Assembly (NCBI RefSeq): GCF_050920415.1
Contig: NZ_CP169309.1
Reading direction: 5' to 3' (one strand)
DNA from: Escherichia coli
GTDB lineage: Bacteria; Pseudomonadota; Gammaproteobacteria; Enterobacterales; Enterobacteriaceae
DNA: 64,000 nt
The notes beneath the pieces were generated by a model. That model was given only the letters and a program-made list of their open reading frames with translations, made no database searches and was not told the DNA's origin. The position numbers and the translations under genes are program-made. Positions 20,139 through 35,772 of this stretch are shown here, in pieces (the first letter of the stretch is position 1; every line of letters starts with the position of its first letter).

Positions 20139-22223
20139 ATGGAAAGCAAACGTCTGGATAATGCCGCGCTGGCGGCGGGGATCAGCCCCAATTACATCAA
20201 TGCCCACGGTAAACCGCAGTCGATTAGCGCCGAAACCAAACGGCGTTTGCTTGACGCGATGCATCAACGTATCGCCACGAAAGTGGCGGTAACGCCAGTC
20301 CCGAATGTCATGGTCTATATCAGCGGCAAAAAAATGCCGATGGCGGTGGAGGGCAGCGGCGAGTATAGCTGGCTGCTGACCACTGAAGAAGGAACGCAGT
20401 ACAAAGGCCATGTAACGGGGGGCAAAGCGTTCAATTTACCGACGAAGTTGCCGGAAGGTTATCACACGTTGACACTCACCCAGGACGACCAGCGCGCGCA
20501 TTGTCGGGTGATTGTCGCCCCGAAACGCTGTTACGAACCGCAGGCGTTGCTGAATAAACAAAAACTGTGGGGCGCCTGCGTCCAGCTTTATACGCTGCGA
20601 TCGGAAAAAAACTGGGGTATTGGGGATTTTGGCGATCTCAAAGTGATGCTGGTGGATGTGGCAAAACGTGGCGGGGCTTTCATCGGTCTGAACCCGATTC
20701 ATGCGCTCTATCCGGCAAATCCGGAAAGTGCCAGTCCGTATAGCCCGTCTTCTCGTCGCTGGCTAAATGTGGTTTATATCGACGTTAACGCCGTCGAAGA
20801 TTTCCATCTTAGCGAAGAGGCTCAGGCCTGGTGGCAGTTACCGACCACGCAACAGACGCTGCAACAGGCACGGGATGCCGACTGGGTCGATTACTCCACC
20901 GTTACTGCGCTGAAAATGACAGCATTGCGGATGGCGTGGAAAGGTTTTGCGCAACGTGATGATGAGCAGATGGCCGCGTTTCGCCAGTTTGTTGCAGAGC
21001 AGGGCGACAGCCTGTTCTGGCAGGCGGCGTTTGACGCGTTACATGCCCAGCAAGTGAAAGAAGACGAAATGCGCTGGGGCTGGCCTGCATGGCCAGAGAT
21101 GTATCAGAACGTGGATTCACCAGAAGTGCGTCAGTTCTGCGAAGAACATCGTGATGACGTCGATTTTTATCTCTGGTTGCAGTGGCTGGCTTACTGCCAG
21201 TTTGCCGCCTGCTGGGAGATAAGCCAGGGCCATGAAATGCCGATTGGCTTGTACCGTGATCTGGCGGTTGGCGTAGCAGAGGGTGGAGCAGAAACCTGGT
21301 GCGACCGGGAGTTGTATTGCCTGAAAGCGTCGGTGGGCGCACCGCCGGATATCCTCGGCCCGTTGGGGCAGAACTGGGGATTGCCGCCGATGGATCCGCA
21401 TATCATCACCGCGCGTGCCTATGAACCGTTTATCGAGCTGTTGCGTGCCAATATGCAAAACTGCGGCGCGTTGCGAATTGACCATGTGATGTCGATGCTG
21501 CGTTTGTGGTGGATACCGTATGGCGAGACGGCAGATCAGGGCGCGTATGTTCACTATCCGGTAGATGATCTGCTCTCGATTCTGGCACTCGAAAGTAAGC
21601 GCCATCGCTGCATGGTGATTGGTGAAGACCTCGGCACTGTACCGGTAGAGATTGTCGGTAAACTGCGCAGCAGCGGTGTGTACTCCTACAAAGTGCTCTA
21701 TTTCGAAAGTGACCACGAGAAGACATTCCGCGCGCCGAAAGCGTATCCGGAGCAGTCGATGGCGGTTGCGGCGACACACGACCTGCCTACACTGCGTGGC
21801 TACTGGGAGAGCGGGGATTTAACACTGGGCAAAACGCTGGGGCTGTACCCGGATGAAGTGGTATTGCGCGGTCTGTATCAGGATCGCGAACTGGCGAAGC
21901 AAGGGTTACTGGATGCACTGCATAAACATGGTTGCCTGCCAAAACGTGCGGGGCATAAGGCATCGTTAATGTCGATGACGCCGATGCTTAATCGTGGTTT
22001 GCAACGTTATATCGCTGATAGTAACAGTGCTCTGTTAGGGCTACAGCCAGAAGACTGGCTGGATATGGCCGAACCGGTAAATATTCCCGGAACCAGTTAC
22101 CAGTATAAAAACTGGCGACGTAAGCTTTCTGCAACGCTTGAGTCGATGTTTGCCGATGATGGCGTGAACAAGTTGCTGAAGGATTTGGACAGACGGCGCA
22201 GAGCGGCTGCGAAGAAGCAGTAG
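20139..22223 (+). CDS. malQ: 4-alpha-glucanotransferase (amylomaltase)
   Basis: 694-aa ORF immediately downstream of malP. Confidence 0.95.
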   Translation: MESKRLDNAALAAGISPNYINAHGKPQSISAETKRRLLDAMHQRIATKVAVTPVPNVMVYISGKKMPMAVEGSGEYSWLLTTEEGTQYKGHVTGGKAFNLPTKLPEGYHTLTLTQDDQRAHCRVIVAPKRCYEPQALLNKQKLWGACVQLYTLRSEKNWGIGDFGDLKVMLVDVAKRGGAFIGLNPIHALYPANPESASPYSPSSRRWLNVVYIDVNAVEDFHLSEEAQAWWQLPTTQQTLQQARDADWVDYSTVTALKMTALRMAWKGFAQRDDEQMAAFRQFVAEQGDSLFWQAAFDALHAQQVKEDEMRWGWPAWPEMYQNVDSPEVRQFCEEHRDDVDFYLWLQWLAYCQFAACWEISQGHEMPIGLYRDLAVGVAEGGAETWCDRELYCLKASVGAPPDILGPLGQNWGLPPMDPHIITARAYEPFIELLRANMQNCGALRIDHVMSMLRLWWIPYGETADQGAYVHYPVDDLLSILALESKRHRCMVIGEDLGTVPVEIVGKLRSSGVYSYKVLYFESDHEKTFRAPKAYPEQSMAVAATHDLPTLRGYWESGDLTLGKTLGLYPDEVVLRGLYQDRELAKQGLLDALHKHGCLPKRAGHKASLMSMTPMLNRGLQRYIADSNSALLGLQPEDWLDMAEPVNIPGTSYQYKNWRRKLSATLESMFADDGVNKLLKDLDRRRRAAAKKQ

Positions 22224-22234
22224 AGAGCGGTTGA

Positions 22235-22257
22235 TGCCGGATGCGATGCATCCGGCA
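22235..22257. terminator. Palindromic hairpin between convergent malQ and gntT (REP-like; possible bidirectional terminator)
   Basis: tgccggatgc-gat-gcatccggca perfect inverted repeat; no clear T-run. Confidence 0.4.
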
Positions 22258-22267
22258 GTCAGTGTTA

Positions 22268-23584
22268 TCAAATCACCATATTCAGCAGCAGACAGCCTAC
22301 CAGACCGCACACCGAGATAATGGTTTCCAGCATCGACCAGGACTTGATGGTCTCGCCGATAGTCAGGTTAAAGTACTCTTTGAACAGCCAGAAGCCCGGA
22401 TCGTTCACGTGAGAGAAAATCACACTACCGGAACCAACCGCAATAACCATCAGTTCCGGGCTAACACCCGTCGTTGCAATTAGTGGTGCCGCGATACCCC
22501 CCGCAGTGATTGCCGCAACGGTTGCGGAACCCAGCGCGATACGCAGTACGGCGGCAATCGACCAGGCCATCAGCAGCGGAGAAATGTTGGTTTCGTGCAT
22601 CATGGAAGCAATGTATTTGTCCACGCCGCTGTCTACCAGCACCTGCTTGAACGCACCGCCACCACCGATGATCAACAGCATCATCGCGATGATTTTGATG
22701 GAAGAAACCAGCGTGTCGTTAATCTGATCCATTGAACGACCACGGTTCAGACCAAAGGTGAACATCGCAATCAGCACGGCAATCAGCGTTGCCATTACCG
22801 GGTCACCGAGGAACTCCGCCACCGGCAGGAAAGCGTGACCTTTCGGCAGGATCATTTCGGCAATTGCACGCATCGCCATCAGCACAACCGGCACCAGAGA
22901 AGTCCAGACGCTGACGCCAAAGCTTGGCATCTCTTCTTCGCTGAAGGTTTTCGCGCTGTACAGACCTTCCGGGATTGGCTTATCGATACCTTTCAGCACG
23001 CGAGCGTAAACCGGACCCGCGAGAATAACGGTCGGGATTGCCAGAATAGTTCCGTACAGCAGGGTCTTACCCATATCGGCATTGAAAATGGTGGCAATCG
23101 CAGTTGGGCCCGGATGTGGCGGCAGGAAGCCGTGGGTCACAGACAGCGCAGCCGCCATTGGTACACCAACATACAGCAGCGGAATATTCGCGGAAGCCGC
23201 GATGGTAAACACCAGCGGCAGCATTAGCACGAAGCCCACTTCATAGAACAGGGCAAAACCGACAGTAAAACCGGTTAAAACTACCGCCCATTGGATGTGT
23301 TTTTTACCAAATTTGGCAATCAGCGTGGTGGCGATACGTTGTGCACCACCGCAGTCTGCCAGCATTTTGCCCAGCATCGCGCCAAAACCCATGATCAGGG
23401 CAAGGCTACCGAGCGTCCCGCCGACACCAGCTTTGATGGAGCCAATAACTTTATCCAGCGGCATTCCCTGCATTAATCCAACAGCAAGCGCCACGAGGAC
23501 GAGAGCGATGAATCCGTTCATTTTGAAGCGGATCATCAGGAGCAACAACAAGATTACACCGATAGCAACAATGACTAATGGCAT
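22268..23584 (-). CDS. gntT: High-affinity gluconate:H+ symporter
   Basis: 438-aa multi-TM ORF (MPLVIVAIGVILLLLLMIRFKMNGFIALVLVAL...). Confidence 0.93.
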   Translation of the reverse strand: MPLVIVAIGVILLLLLMIRFKMNGFIALVLVALAVGLMQGMPLDKVIGSIKAGVGGTLGSLALIMGFGAMLGKMLADCGGAQRIATTLIAKFGKKHIQWAVVLTGFTVGFALFYEVGFVLMLPLVFTIAASANIPLLYVGVPMAAALSVTHGFLPPHPGPTAIATIFNADMGKTLLYGTILAIPTVILAGPVYARVLKGIDKPIPEGLYSAKTFSEEEMPSFGVSVWTSLVPVVLMAMRAIAEMILPKGHAFLPVAEFLGDPVMATLIAVLIAMFTFGLNRGRSMDQINDTLVSSIKIIAMMLLIIGGGGAFKQVLVDSGVDKYIASMMHETNISPLLMAWSIAAVLRIALGSATVAAITAGGIAAPLIATTGVSPELMVIAVGSGSVIFSHVNDPGFWLFKEYFNLTIGETIKSWSMLETIISVCGLVGCLLLNMVI

Positions 23585-23881
23585 GATTTACCTGGCCTTT
23601 CATTTGTTATGGGTAACGTCAATTTTCTGACGACAAACTCTAATTATCCCAATCGGGAACAGAGATATTGCGGCACCACGACTGATACCCACTAAAACTA
23701 ATTATTGTAGTCAGATGTCAGGAGTATGTTTGGTACCCACGTGAATGATACGGGTAACATCTGGCGTTTGAGAATCACCAGAGCGGGGTAAATTTAAATT
23801 ATGAGAGGTTGGTCATATTATCGCGGGGAAACGTATGGACTGGATTTGCCGAGGCAATGTAGCGCCAACGCCTGGCAGACG

Positions 23882-23913
23882 GCCCGATAAGACGCTTTAG
23901 CGTCGCATCGGGC
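23882..23913. repeat. REP unit
   Basis: gcccgataagacgctttagcgtcgcatcgggc (reverse complement fits GCC.GATGCG...CTTATC.GGC). Confidence 0.5.
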
Positions 23914-23935
23914 AATCTATAAAAGAGAGGATAAC

Positions 23936-24511
23936 TTAGTAGTAAGAGTGTTCGCCGCGCTGGTGTTCGGTGAGATCGCGTACACCTTTCAGCTCCGGGA
24001 ATTCGTTCAGCAGCTGCTTTTCGATCCCTTCTTTCAGCGTCACATCGACCATTGAACAACCGTTACAACCGCCGCCAAATTGCAGAATGGCGTAACCGTC
24101 TTCGGTGATTTCCATCAGCGAAACGCGACCACCGTGACCGGCAAGCTGTGGGTTGATCTGCGACTGCAGCATATACTCCACGCGCTCCATCAGCGGCGCA
24201 TCGTCAGCTACTTTGCGCATTTTGGCGTTTGGGGCTTTCAGCGTCAGCTGAGAACCCAACTGGTCGGTAACAAAGTCGATCTCTGCATCTTCCAGGTAAG
24301 GCGCGCTTAACTCATCAACATACGCGGTCAGCAGGTCAAATTTCAGGGCAGTGTCGGTGGCTTCCACAGCGTCCGGCGGACAATAAGAAACACCACATTC
24401 AGCGTTAGGCGTGCCAGGGTTAATCACAAATACGCGGATTTGTGTCCCTTCTTCCTGATTTGCCAGCAGTTTGGCAAAGTGCGCTTGTGCAGCATCGGAA
24501 ATACGGATCAT
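23936..24511 (-). CDS. nfuA: Fe-S cluster carrier protein NfuA
   Basis: 191-aa ORF; C-terminal Nfu domain with CxxC ([19 protein letters not shown]). Confidence 0.95.
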
Positions 24512-24569
24512 AGTAATGGCCTAATAGTTGACTATTTTAGTTGGTTATAATACGCCCATCATCGAGGCT

Positions 24570-25271
<702 letters not shown>

Positions 25272-25272
25272 A

Positions 25273-26061
<789 letters not shown>

Positions 26062-26089
26062 ACAGCTGTTGAAATGGCGAGACAGAACT

Positions 26090-26968
26090 TTACTGGCTCG
26101 CCGCAGCCAACTCCTCTTCTGACACCCCGGTAAAACGCATGATGTCCGCAAGAGGGACTCCGGATTCAAGCATTATTTTGGCTATATGCAAGGCTTTGGA
26201 TTGTTCCCCTTCTTGCCGCAATCTTTCCGCAATAGTCATTAAACTCTCCTTGTGTTTCGGTGAACGTTCGGCCACACCATCGATAAAATCATTAAAACGT
26301 ACTGCATCGCCAGTTTGCAGTATGTAATTAAACAGCCCTTTGATTTGTCTGTCATTAGCGTATCCACTACTTAATAAGCAGGCCATTTGCTCTACCAGCC
26401 CCATCAGGTCGCGTTGACGTATATGTTTTTGGATTAACTCCAGCAGCGCCATACGTCGGTGCTGCATGATTTCATCATCAGGCATGACAGTGACATCAAT
26501 CAGCGGGAATGCAGAGGCATAAAGCTGTCTGGCCAGTTTGGGATCGGCGAAACAATCCAGCCAACACAGTGAATAGGGATATGGGCTTTCAATGCCGTGG
26601 TAAAACAACAATGGCACCACCATCGGCAACGTTTTGTATCCGGCATCCAGGTGATTTTGCATTGCGGCAATGGCGTAACGCATCATGCGAAATGCGATCA
26701 GTTTGTTTGAGGTGCTTTGATGTTCAATCAGACAATAGATATATCCCGGTCCTTGTTCCGTTTTCACCGACCACAGCACGTCGGAATAGCTTTCACGCAG
26801 ATCGTCATCAATAAAGCTGCTCGACTCCAGCTTGAGGGTTTTCATATCACAGAGCGCGTGAATAGGTGCCGGTAAATGGAACGCAAGAAAATCGCGCGCC
26901 GTCTCCGGTTGGCGTAAAAAGAGTTTGAACAGCGCATCGTGTGGGGTGGAACTCTGCTTTTTGCTCAT
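26090..26968 (-). CDS. rpnA: Rpn-family recombination-promoting nuclease (RpnA/YhgA)
   Basis: 292-aa [21 protein letters not shown]...; matches YhgA-like transposase_31 family proteins. Confidence 0.88.
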   Translation of the reverse strand: MSKKQSSTPHDALFKLFLRQPETARDFLAFHLPAPIHALCDMKTLKLESSSFIDDDLRESYSDVLWSVKTEQGPGYIYCLIEHQSTSNKLIAFRMMRYAIAAMQNHLDAGYKTLPMVVPLLFYHGIESPYPYSLCWLDCFADPKLARQLYASAFPLIDVTVMPDDEIMQHRRMALLELIQKHIRQRDLMGLVEQMACLLSSGYANDRQIKGLFNYILQTGDAVRFNDFIDGVAERSPKHKESLMTIAERLRQEGEQSKALHIAKIMLESGVPLADIMRFTGVSEEELAAASQ

Positions 26969-27113
26969 GGCGTTCCTTCACCTGTTGTTTGAATGCCGCG
27001 ACTCTACGCGCCACTCCACACCTGTGCATTAGCGAGTTTTCATCCCTGCGAGACGCTTTCAGAGGAACTTACGTTGTACTGCAAGAGTTGCATTTTTATG
27101 GAAAGCCGCACGC

Positions 27114-27150
27114 AAAAAAGCCCGGTTGCAAACGCATACCGGGCTTTCAA
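27114..27150 (-). terminator. Rho-independent terminator downstream of feoC
   Basis: Minus strand: hairpin gaaagcccggt-atgcgtttgcaa-ccgggcttt followed by a T-run. Confidence 0.6.
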
Positions 27151-27169
27151 AACAGGTAGTAAAACAAGG

Positions 27170-27406
27170 TTAACGTAACGCCCACCACTCACGCAGACAG
27201 GCTTTGCCTTCCGGGCAGCTTTTACAACTGCCAGAGAGGCAGCCGTCAGGTTCTTCCTGAATCCGCACGGCTTTGCCCATACTTTCCAGCTGTTGCAGCA
27301 TGGCGTTAATCATTGGCTGCGGGGTGTTCAGTGTCTGGCTTATCTGGGCCGCTTCCATACGGCCCCGTAATGCCAGCAAATCACGCACCTGAATGAGCGA
27401 AGCCAT
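27170..27406 (-). CDS. feoC: Ferrous iron transport regulator FeoC
   Basis: ORF 27170..27448; ATG at 27406 gives the 78-aa product [15 protein letters not shown]... with a C-terminal Cys cluster. Confidence 0.88.
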   Translation of the reverse strand: MASLIQVRDLLALRGRMEAAQISQTLNTPQPMINAMLQQLESMGKAVRIQEEPDGCLSGSCKSCPEGKACLREWWALR

Positions 27407-27416
27407 TGCTGTATCC

Positions 27417-29738
27417 TTAGTGGCAATCGCCAGTGGTGCTGGCTGCACAGCAACTGCTTACCGATTTGCGTGTTGCCAGCAGTTCGATATCGACCCGGCT
27501 ACGTGCGCGACGCAGCAAACCGATGACCACGATGTTAAACAGGATAACCGCCAGAATGCATACCAGACTGTAAGTTGGATGCTGGCTGTAGCTGGCGACC
27601 TGGTAGAACAATGTTGCCAACGAGTAAGCGATATTTAGCCCCCACAGGATGGAGAAGCCCATCCAGCCACGGCTTGATTCACGGGCGATGGCCCCCATCA
27701 CCGAGATACACGGTACATACAGCAGAACGAAAATCAGGTAGCTGTAAGCAGCTGCTGCGCTTCCAAATTTCTGATCCATCACGCCCATCGCTCCGGTACC
27801 CATTTCACCGTCGCCTTTGCTCGCTTCAATGGGGTTCATCAGTACGCTAAGACTGAAGGTGTCTTTCAGACTCTGCCAGGTTTCATCTACCGCGCTGAAT
27901 AGCTCTTCACCGAGGTTAAATTCCGCCGGATTGAACTCTTCGTCCTGAATATTTTCTGCGGTGTAGAGGGTGTTGAGCGTACCCACCACCACTTCTTTCG
28001 CCATTGCGCCCGTGAACAGGCCAACCGTTGCCTGCCAGTTATCTTCATGTACACCAATCGGCTTGAAAACTGGGGTGATCACCCGGCTGACAGAAGCCAG
28101 TGCCGAGTCGTTGATGTTATCGACGATTTTCCCGCTCAGAGAGAAGCTGTTGAAAGCGCTCAGGAAAATGCTGACGATGATAATCACTTTACCAGCACGC
28201 AGAACGAAGCCTTTCAGACGCTGCCAGGTCTGGATAATCAGGCTTTTAACGTGTGGTACATGGTAGACCGGTAGCTCCATGACAAACGGCGTCGCTTCAC
28301 CGCGCATGATGGTGTACTTGAGCATCAGGCCAGTCAGCACCGCCATCACAATACCGAGCATATACAGCGAGAAGACCGCCAGCGCACCGTTCTGCCCGAA
28401 GAAGGCAGCCGCGAATACGGCGAAGATAGCCAGACGCGCGCCGCAGGACATAAACGGTGCCATCATGATGGTCATCAGACGTTCACGCGGTGCATCAAGC
28501 GTACGTGCGCCCATTACCGACGGTACGTTACAACCGAAACCAACGATCAGCGGTACAAAGGATTTCCCGGGCAAGCCCAGCGCCTGCATCAGACGGTCCA
28601 TCACAAACGCCGCACGCGCCATATAGCCGGAGTCCTCGAGGAAGGAGAGGAACAGGTACATCATGCCGATCTGTGGCACCAGTGGCAGAACGGTGTTAAT
28701 ACCGCCACCCAAGCCCTGGGCGAGGAAGATAGTCAGCCAGTCCGGGAAGTGGAGCGTGTAGCCAATCCACTGAATACCATGCACAAATAGCGCCACGGAG
28801 CCGACGTCAAACAGCGGCTGTAACGCCCCGCCGATGTTGATAGCCAGCAGGAACATCAGGTACATCACAAAGAGGAAAATCGGCAGACCGAGGAAACGGT
28901 TGAGCACGATTTTATCTACCGCAGTGGTGAAACGGCTGGGTTCTGCCGTCAGGGTGTTGCTTACCACATCACAGATGGCAGCAATGCACTGGTAACGCGC
29001 ATCGGCAATGTGCAGCGCCGGATCGTCCATCTCATTACGCAGACGGGCGAGGGCGGCATCAAGATGCTGCGACGCTTCACCGGCGTAGGCGCGGCTGTAG
29101 ATATCGCCTTCCAGCATTTGCAGGCCCAGCCAGCGACGTTGTTTGAGCGGGATGTCGGAAGGCATCACTTTTGCCAGTGAATCTGCTTCGTTGAGCAGCG
29201 GCTGTGCGTAATGCACCAGTTCCACATTCTCGTTAGCTTTATAGCGATCAATCGCCAGCTTGAGCGCTTCAATACCGCGACCACGAGTTGAAACCAGCGG
29301 GATCACCGGGCAGCCAAGACGCGCCGACAGAGCATCAATTTCAATGCGAATATTTTGCTTCTCGGCAATGTCGAGCATGTTCAGCGCCACGATGCAGGGA
29401 ATGCCGAGTTCCAGCAGTTGTAGCGTCAGGTACAGGTTACGCTCAAGGTTAGACGCATCCACCACGTTAATCAGCAGGTCAGCGTCGCCACTCAAAATGT
29501 AGTGACAGGCGATTTGCTCATCGAGCGAGGTCTGCGATGAGATGGTGGTCAGAGAATAGGTGCCGGGGAGGTCCACCAGCGTGACCTGATGATCGGTGGT
29601 GGAGAATTGCCCTTCTTTACGTTCGACGGTAACGCCAGCCCAGTTACCTACACGCTGACGTGCGCCAGTGAGCTGGTTAAATAAGGTTGTCTTGCCAGAA
29701 TTTGGATTACCAATTAAGCCAATGGTTAATTTTTTCAT
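27417..29738 (-). CDS. feoB: Ferrous iron transporter FeoB (G-protein-coupled permease)
   Basis: ORF 27417..29750; start at [25 protein letters not shown] (GTPase P-loop) gives 773 aa; large C-terminal membrane domain. Confidence 0.95.
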   Translation of the reverse strand: MKKLTIGLIGNPNSGKTTLFNQLTGARQRVGNWAGVTVERKEGQFSTTDHQVTLVDLPGTYSLTTISSQTSLDEQIACHYILSGDADLLINVVDASNLERNLYLTLQLLELGIPCIVALNMLDIAEKQNIRIEIDALSARLGCPVIPLVSTRGRGIEALKLAIDRYKANENVELVHYAQPLLNEADSLAKVMPSDIPLKQRRWLGLQMLEGDIYSRAYAGEASQHLDAALARLRNEMDDPALHIADARYQCIAAICDVVSNTLTAEPSRFTTAVDKIVLNRFLGLPIFLFVMYLMFLLAINIGGALQPLFDVGSVALFVHGIQWIGYTLHFPDWLTIFLAQGLGGGINTVLPLVPQIGMMYLFLSFLEDSGYMARAAFVMDRLMQALGLPGKSFVPLIVGFGCNVPSVMGARTLDAPRERLMTIMMAPFMSCGARLAIFAVFAAAFFGQNGALAVFSLYMLGIVMAVLTGLMLKYTIMRGEATPFVMELPVYHVPHVKSLIIQTWQRLKGFVLRAGKVIIIVSIFLSAFNSFSLSGKIVDNINDSALASVSRVITPVFKPIGVHEDNWQATVGLFTGAMAKEVVVGTLNTLYTAENIQDEEFNPAEFNLGEELFSAVDETWQSLKDTFSLSVLMNPIEASKGDGEMGTGAMGVMDQKFGSAAAAYSYLIFVLLYVPCISVMGAIARESSRGWMGFSILWGLNIAYSLATLFYQVASYSQHPTYSLVCILAVILFNIVVIGLLRRARSRVDIELLATRKSVSSCCAASTTGDCH

Positions 29739-29754
29739 TGTTGTTATCACCGTA

Positions 29755-29982
29755 TTAACAGGAAACCGCTTCCACTTCTAATAAGGCCAGATCTTTTTTG
29801 CGTAATACCAGGCTCACACGACGGGTTTCGATATGAATGGGGTCGCCAAGTGGAGCGACGCGCACCACATTAAAAGAGGAGCCAGGTAACATGCCAAGAG
29901 AAAGCAGTTTTTGGCGATATGCCGGGCTGATTTCACGGGAAAAGCCAGTGATTTTCCACGCAGTATCTGGAGTGTATTGCAT
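29755..29982 (-). CDS. feoA: Ferrous iron transport protein FeoA
   Basis: 75-aa ORF immediately upstream of feoB. Confidence 0.92.
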   Translation of the reverse strand: MQYTPDTAWKITGFSREISPAYRQKLLSLGMLPGSSFNVVRVAPLGDPIHIETRRVSLVLRKKDLALLEVEAVSC

Positions 29983-30092
29983 AGGTGCCTACTTGTTTCT
30001 CATTAACTGGATAACTACCTCATGGGGCGTTTGACAGCGACATGAGACCAGATGATTTGCCAACGAAGGAGAGATTAAATAATCAACAACAC

Positions 30093-30111
30093 AATGATAA
30101 TGAGAATGGTT
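30093..30111. promoter_or_regulatory. Candidate Fur box in the feoABC promoter region
   Basis: aatgataatgagaatggtt, ~110 bp upstream of the feoA start; first 9 nt match the Fur consensus core AATGATAAT. Confidence 0.5.
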
Positions 30112-30316
30112 TCTATCAGCAATACTTAAAATGTGTGCGAATGTTGGTTTAGATAATAATCTGCGTGAATGTTGATGTGGCTCAAGGTTATATCGCAGCG
30201 AAAATATAATTCGAATGGCGAATTATCAGGGCGGGTTAATGTTTAATTAAGGTTTCATTTGTTAATGAAGTGATAAATATTGACGAAATATAGTGTGAGT
30301 TTGGTTGTGGAATAAA

Positions 30317-30346
30317 AATGCCGGAGATATTCTCCGGCATTTTTAT
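30317..30346. terminator. Hairpin terminator downstream of yhgF/tex
   Basis: ccggagatattctccgg perfect hairpin with A/T runs on both sides. Confidence 0.55.
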
Positions 30347-30365
30347 GTCAGGCATGGCGTTCGTT

Positions 30366-30395
30366 GCCAGATGCGGCGTGAACGCCTTATCTGGC
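30366..30395. repeat. REP unit
   Basis: gccagatgcggcgtgaacgccttatctggc fits the REP consensus. Confidence 0.55.
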
Positions 30396-30421
30396 AGGTT
30401 TACGTTTGTCTATCAGGGCGT

Positions 30422-32743
30422 TTAACGTTTTTTGCCCATTGCTGCCGCCAGCGCATCCATCATTGCGCTATTACCGGCAGGCTGCGCTTCACGCCCGCGC
30501 GGTTTGGCTGCCGGGCGGTTGTTTTGCGGGCGTTCATTACCGCCCCCGCGACGGGCGTTGGTTTCGCCAGGCTGCTCGTCCAGACGCATAGTCAGGGCGA
30601 TACGTTTACGCTGAAGATCCACTTCCAGCACTTTCACCTTCACAATGTCGCCCGCTTTCACCACGGTATGCGGATCTTCCACAAACTTGTTCGACAATGA
30701 AGAGATGTGAACCAGGCCGTCCTGATGTACGCCAATATCAACAAAAGCACCAAAATTGGTGACGTTGGTCACCGCACCTTCGAGGATCATACCCGGTTGC
30801 AGGTCGTTCATTGTCTCGACGCCATCGGCAAACTGGGCGGTTTTAAATTCCGGACGCGGATCGCGACCCGGTTTTTCCAGCTCTTTGATGATGTCAGTTA
30901 CCGTCGGCACACCGAATTTCTCATCAGTAAAGTCAGACGCTTTCAGGTTACGCAGTTCGCTGCTGTTACCCATCAGATCTTTCAGTGCCTGCTGTGTTGC
31001 TGCCAGAATGCGTTCCACCACCGGATAGGCTTCCGGGTGAACAGTAGAGGCGTCCAGCGGGTTGTCACCGTGGTTAATGCGCAAGAAGCCTGCGCACTGC
31101 TCGAAGGCTTTTGGCCCCAGGCGGCTCACTTTTAACAGTTGCTGGCGGTTCTGGAACTGGCCGTTCTCATCGCGCCAGGCCACAATGTTTTGCGCCATCA
31201 TGCGCGTCAGGCCCGCCACTCGGGTTAACAGCGGAACGGAAGCGGTGTTGAGATCGACGCCAACGGCGTTTACGCAGTCTTCTACTACTGCATCCAGTTT
31301 GCGGGCCAGCTGCGTCTGGCTGACGTCATGCTGATACTGACCTACGCCGATAGATTTCGGATCGATTTTCACCAGCTCCGCCAGCGGATCCTGCAAACGA
31401 CGGGCGATAGACACCGCGCCACGCAGCGAAACATCGAGATCCGGGAACTCCTGCGCCGCCAGTTCGGAAGCCGAGTAAACCGACGCGCCTGCTTCGCTGA
31501 CGATCACTTTCTGTGCGGTCACTTTCGGAAACTGCTTCTGAACGTCGAGATAGAAACGCTCGGTTTCGCGGGAAGCCGTACCGTTACCGATTGCCACCAG
31601 TTCAACGTTATGTTTTTCACACAAGGCAGCAACGGTCATCGCTGCTTTTGCGGCTTGTCCGGTGTGCGGATAAATGGTGTCGGTCGCCACCAGTTTACCC
31701 GTCGCATCGACTACCGCTACTTTTACCCCGGTACGCAGACCCGGATCGAGGCCCATCGTTGCACGCAGTCCGGCAGGGGCCGCCATCAGAAGATCGTGCA
31801 GGTTACGGGCAAAGACGTTGATTGCTTCATCTTCCGCGCGTTCACGCACTGTGCCCATCAGTTCGGTTTCCAGATGCATCAGCACCTTGATGCGCCACGT
31901 CCAGCTCACCACGCCTTTGCGCCAGCTATCCGCCGGGGCATTGTTCAGGCGCAGGCCAAGGTGATCCATGATGATTTGCTCGCAGTAGCTCTCTTTTGGC
32001 GGTTCGTCGAACTGCGGATCGGCATTCAGCGAAAGTTGGAGTACGCCTTCGTTACGCCCACGGAACATCGCCAGCGCGCGGTGAGAAGGCACCGTTGACA
32101 GCGGTTCGTGATGATCGAAATAGTCGCGGAATTTCGCCCCTTCCTCTTCTTTACCGTTCACCACCGTAGAAACCAAATGCGCGTTCTTCCACAGATAATC
32201 ACGCACTTTCGCCAGCAGCGCGGCATCTTCGGCAAACCGTTCCATCAGGATATAGCGCGCGCCGTCCAGCGCGGCTTTGGTATCTGCTACGCCTTTATCG
32301 GCATCAACATATTGTGCAGCGGCGACTTCTGGCGTGTGCGACGGATCGTTCCACAGTAGGTCGGCCAACGGCTCAAGCCCTGCTTCAATGGCGATTTGCC
32401 CGCGGGTGCGGCGTTTAGGTTTGTAGGGCAGGTAGAGGTCTTCGAGTTCGGTTTTACTTAAGGTGGCGTTGATAGCATTCGCCAGTTCGTCGGTCAGTTT
32501 GCCTTGCTCGGAAATGGACTTGAGGATTGCCTGACGTCTCTCTTCCAGCTCGCGCAGATAGCTCAGACGCGTTTCCAGATTACGCAACTGCGTGTCATCC
32601 AGACCGCCGGTGATTTCCTTACGATAACGTGCGATAAACGGCACAGTATTCCCTTCGTCAAGCAGGCGAACGGCAGCGTCAACCTGTTCCGGGCGCGCCT
32701 GAATTTCACCCGCAATAATGCGGCAGAACGAATCATTCATCAT
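30422..32743 (-). CDS. yhgF: Tex-family transcription accessory protein (YhgF)
   Basis: 773-aa ORF with a C-terminal S1 domain. Confidence 0.93.
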   Translation of the reverse strand: MMNDSFCRIIAGEIQARPEQVDAAVRLLDEGNTVPFIARYRKEITGGLDDTQLRNLETRLSYLRELEERRQAILKSISEQGKLTDELANAINATLSKTELEDLYLPYKPKRRTRGQIAIEAGLEPLADLLWNDPSHTPEVAAAQYVDADKGVADTKAALDGARYILMERFAEDAALLAKVRDYLWKNAHLVSTVVNGKEEEGAKFRDYFDHHEPLSTVPSHRALAMFRGRNEGVLQLSLNADPQFDEPPKESYCEQIIMDHLGLRLNNAPADSWRKGVVSWTWRIKVLMHLETELMGTVRERAEDEAINVFARNLHDLLMAAPAGLRATMGLDPGLRTGVKVAVVDATGKLVATDTIYPHTGQAAKAAMTVAALCEKHNVELVAIGNGTASRETERFYLDVQKQFPKVTAQKVIVSEAGASVYSASELAAQEFPDLDVSLRGAVSIARRLQDPLAELVKIDPKSIGVGQYQHDVSQTQLARKLDAVVEDCVNAVGVDLNTASVPLLTRVAGLTRMMAQNIVAWRDENGQFQNRQQLLKVSRLGPKAFEQCAGFLRINHGDNPLDASTVHPEAYPVVERILAATQQALKDLMGNSSELRNLKASDFTDEKFGVPTVTDIIKELEKPGRDPRPEFKTAQFADGVETMNDLQPGMILEGAVTNVTNFGAFVDIGVHQDGLVHISSLSNKFVEDPHTVVKAGDIVKVKVLEVDLQRKRIALTMRLDEQPGETNARRGGGNERPQNNRPAAKPRGREAQPAGNSAMMDALAAAMGKKR

Positions 32744-32839
32744 GGTTTGAGTTCATCTTTTCGGATCAAAAATCAGGGGATAGTTATACGGACTGGCTGG
32801 CAAAAATGCCAGCCATCGGCAGGAGGTTAAGACTCTTCC

Positions 32840-33316
32840 TTACGGTTTCACGTACTCGATAGCATTAACATACCAGCTCGCTTCCCCGGCAGGGGTATTG
32901 ACCACTGCCAGATCGCCCACTTCTTTTTTCAGCAATGCGCGGGCCATTGGGGAATCGATAGAGATGTAATCTTTACGGCCAAAAATTTCATCGTAGCCGA
33001 CAATGCGAAAACGGTGAGTCACGCCATCGTCGTTTTCAATCTCCACCCATGCGCCAAAAAAGACTTTGCCTTCCTGTTGCGGGGAGTAATCGACGATTTT
33101 GAGATTTTCCATGCATTTAGTGAGATAGCGCACGCGACGGTCGATTTCACGCAGACGCTTTTTATTATACTGATAGTCAGCATTTTCGCTGCGGTCGCCC
33201 AGACTTGCAGCCCAGGTCACTTTTTTTGTGACCTCCGGGCGCTCTTCACGCCAGAGATAATTTAGCTCTTGTTTGAGTTTTTCATACCCTTCCCGGGTAA
33301 CCAGGGGCGTTTTCAT
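32840..33316 (-). CDS. greB: Transcription elongation factor GreB
   Basis: ORF 32840..33352; ATG at 33316 (MKTPLVTREGYEKLKQEL...) gives 158 aa. Confidence 0.93.
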   Translation of the reverse strand: MKTPLVTREGYEKLKQELNYLWREERPEVTKKVTWAASLGDRSENADYQYNKKRLREIDRRVRYLTKCMENLKIVDYSPQQEGKVFFGAWVEIENDDGVTHRFRIVGYDEIFGRKDYISIDSPMARALLKKEVGDLAVVNTPAGEASWYVNAIEYVKP

Positions 33317-33543
33317 CTCGTTGATTCCCTTTGTCTGTTTGATAATGCGCACATTGGGTATAACGTGATCATATCAACAGAATCAATAATGTTTCGCCGA
33401 ATAAATTGTATACTTAAGCTGCTGTTTAATATGCTTTGTAACAATTTAGGCTGAAATTCATACCAGATTTAGCTGGTGACGAACGTAAGCTTTTTTAAGA
33501 ATACACGCTTACAAATTGTTGCGAACCTTTGGGAGTACAAAGA

Positions 33544-35612
<2,069 letters not shown>

Positions 35613-35614
35613 AT

Positions 35615-35649
35615 AAAACGGGAGGAGAAGGAGCCTCCTGTTTTATTTT
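35615..35649 (+). terminator. Rho-independent terminator after envZ
   Basis: aaaacgggagg-agaagga-gcctcctgtttt hairpin followed by ttttatttt. Confidence 0.65.
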
Positions 35650-35772
35650 GTGCACTCAGTATCTACTGAATGAATACGGTTTCAGACATCGGCACCATAC
35701 GAAGTAAAGTGTACTGTAAGCTGATTGCAGGCTAGCGTATCCTGATTAGTAAAGGCACACTAAAGGAATAGC

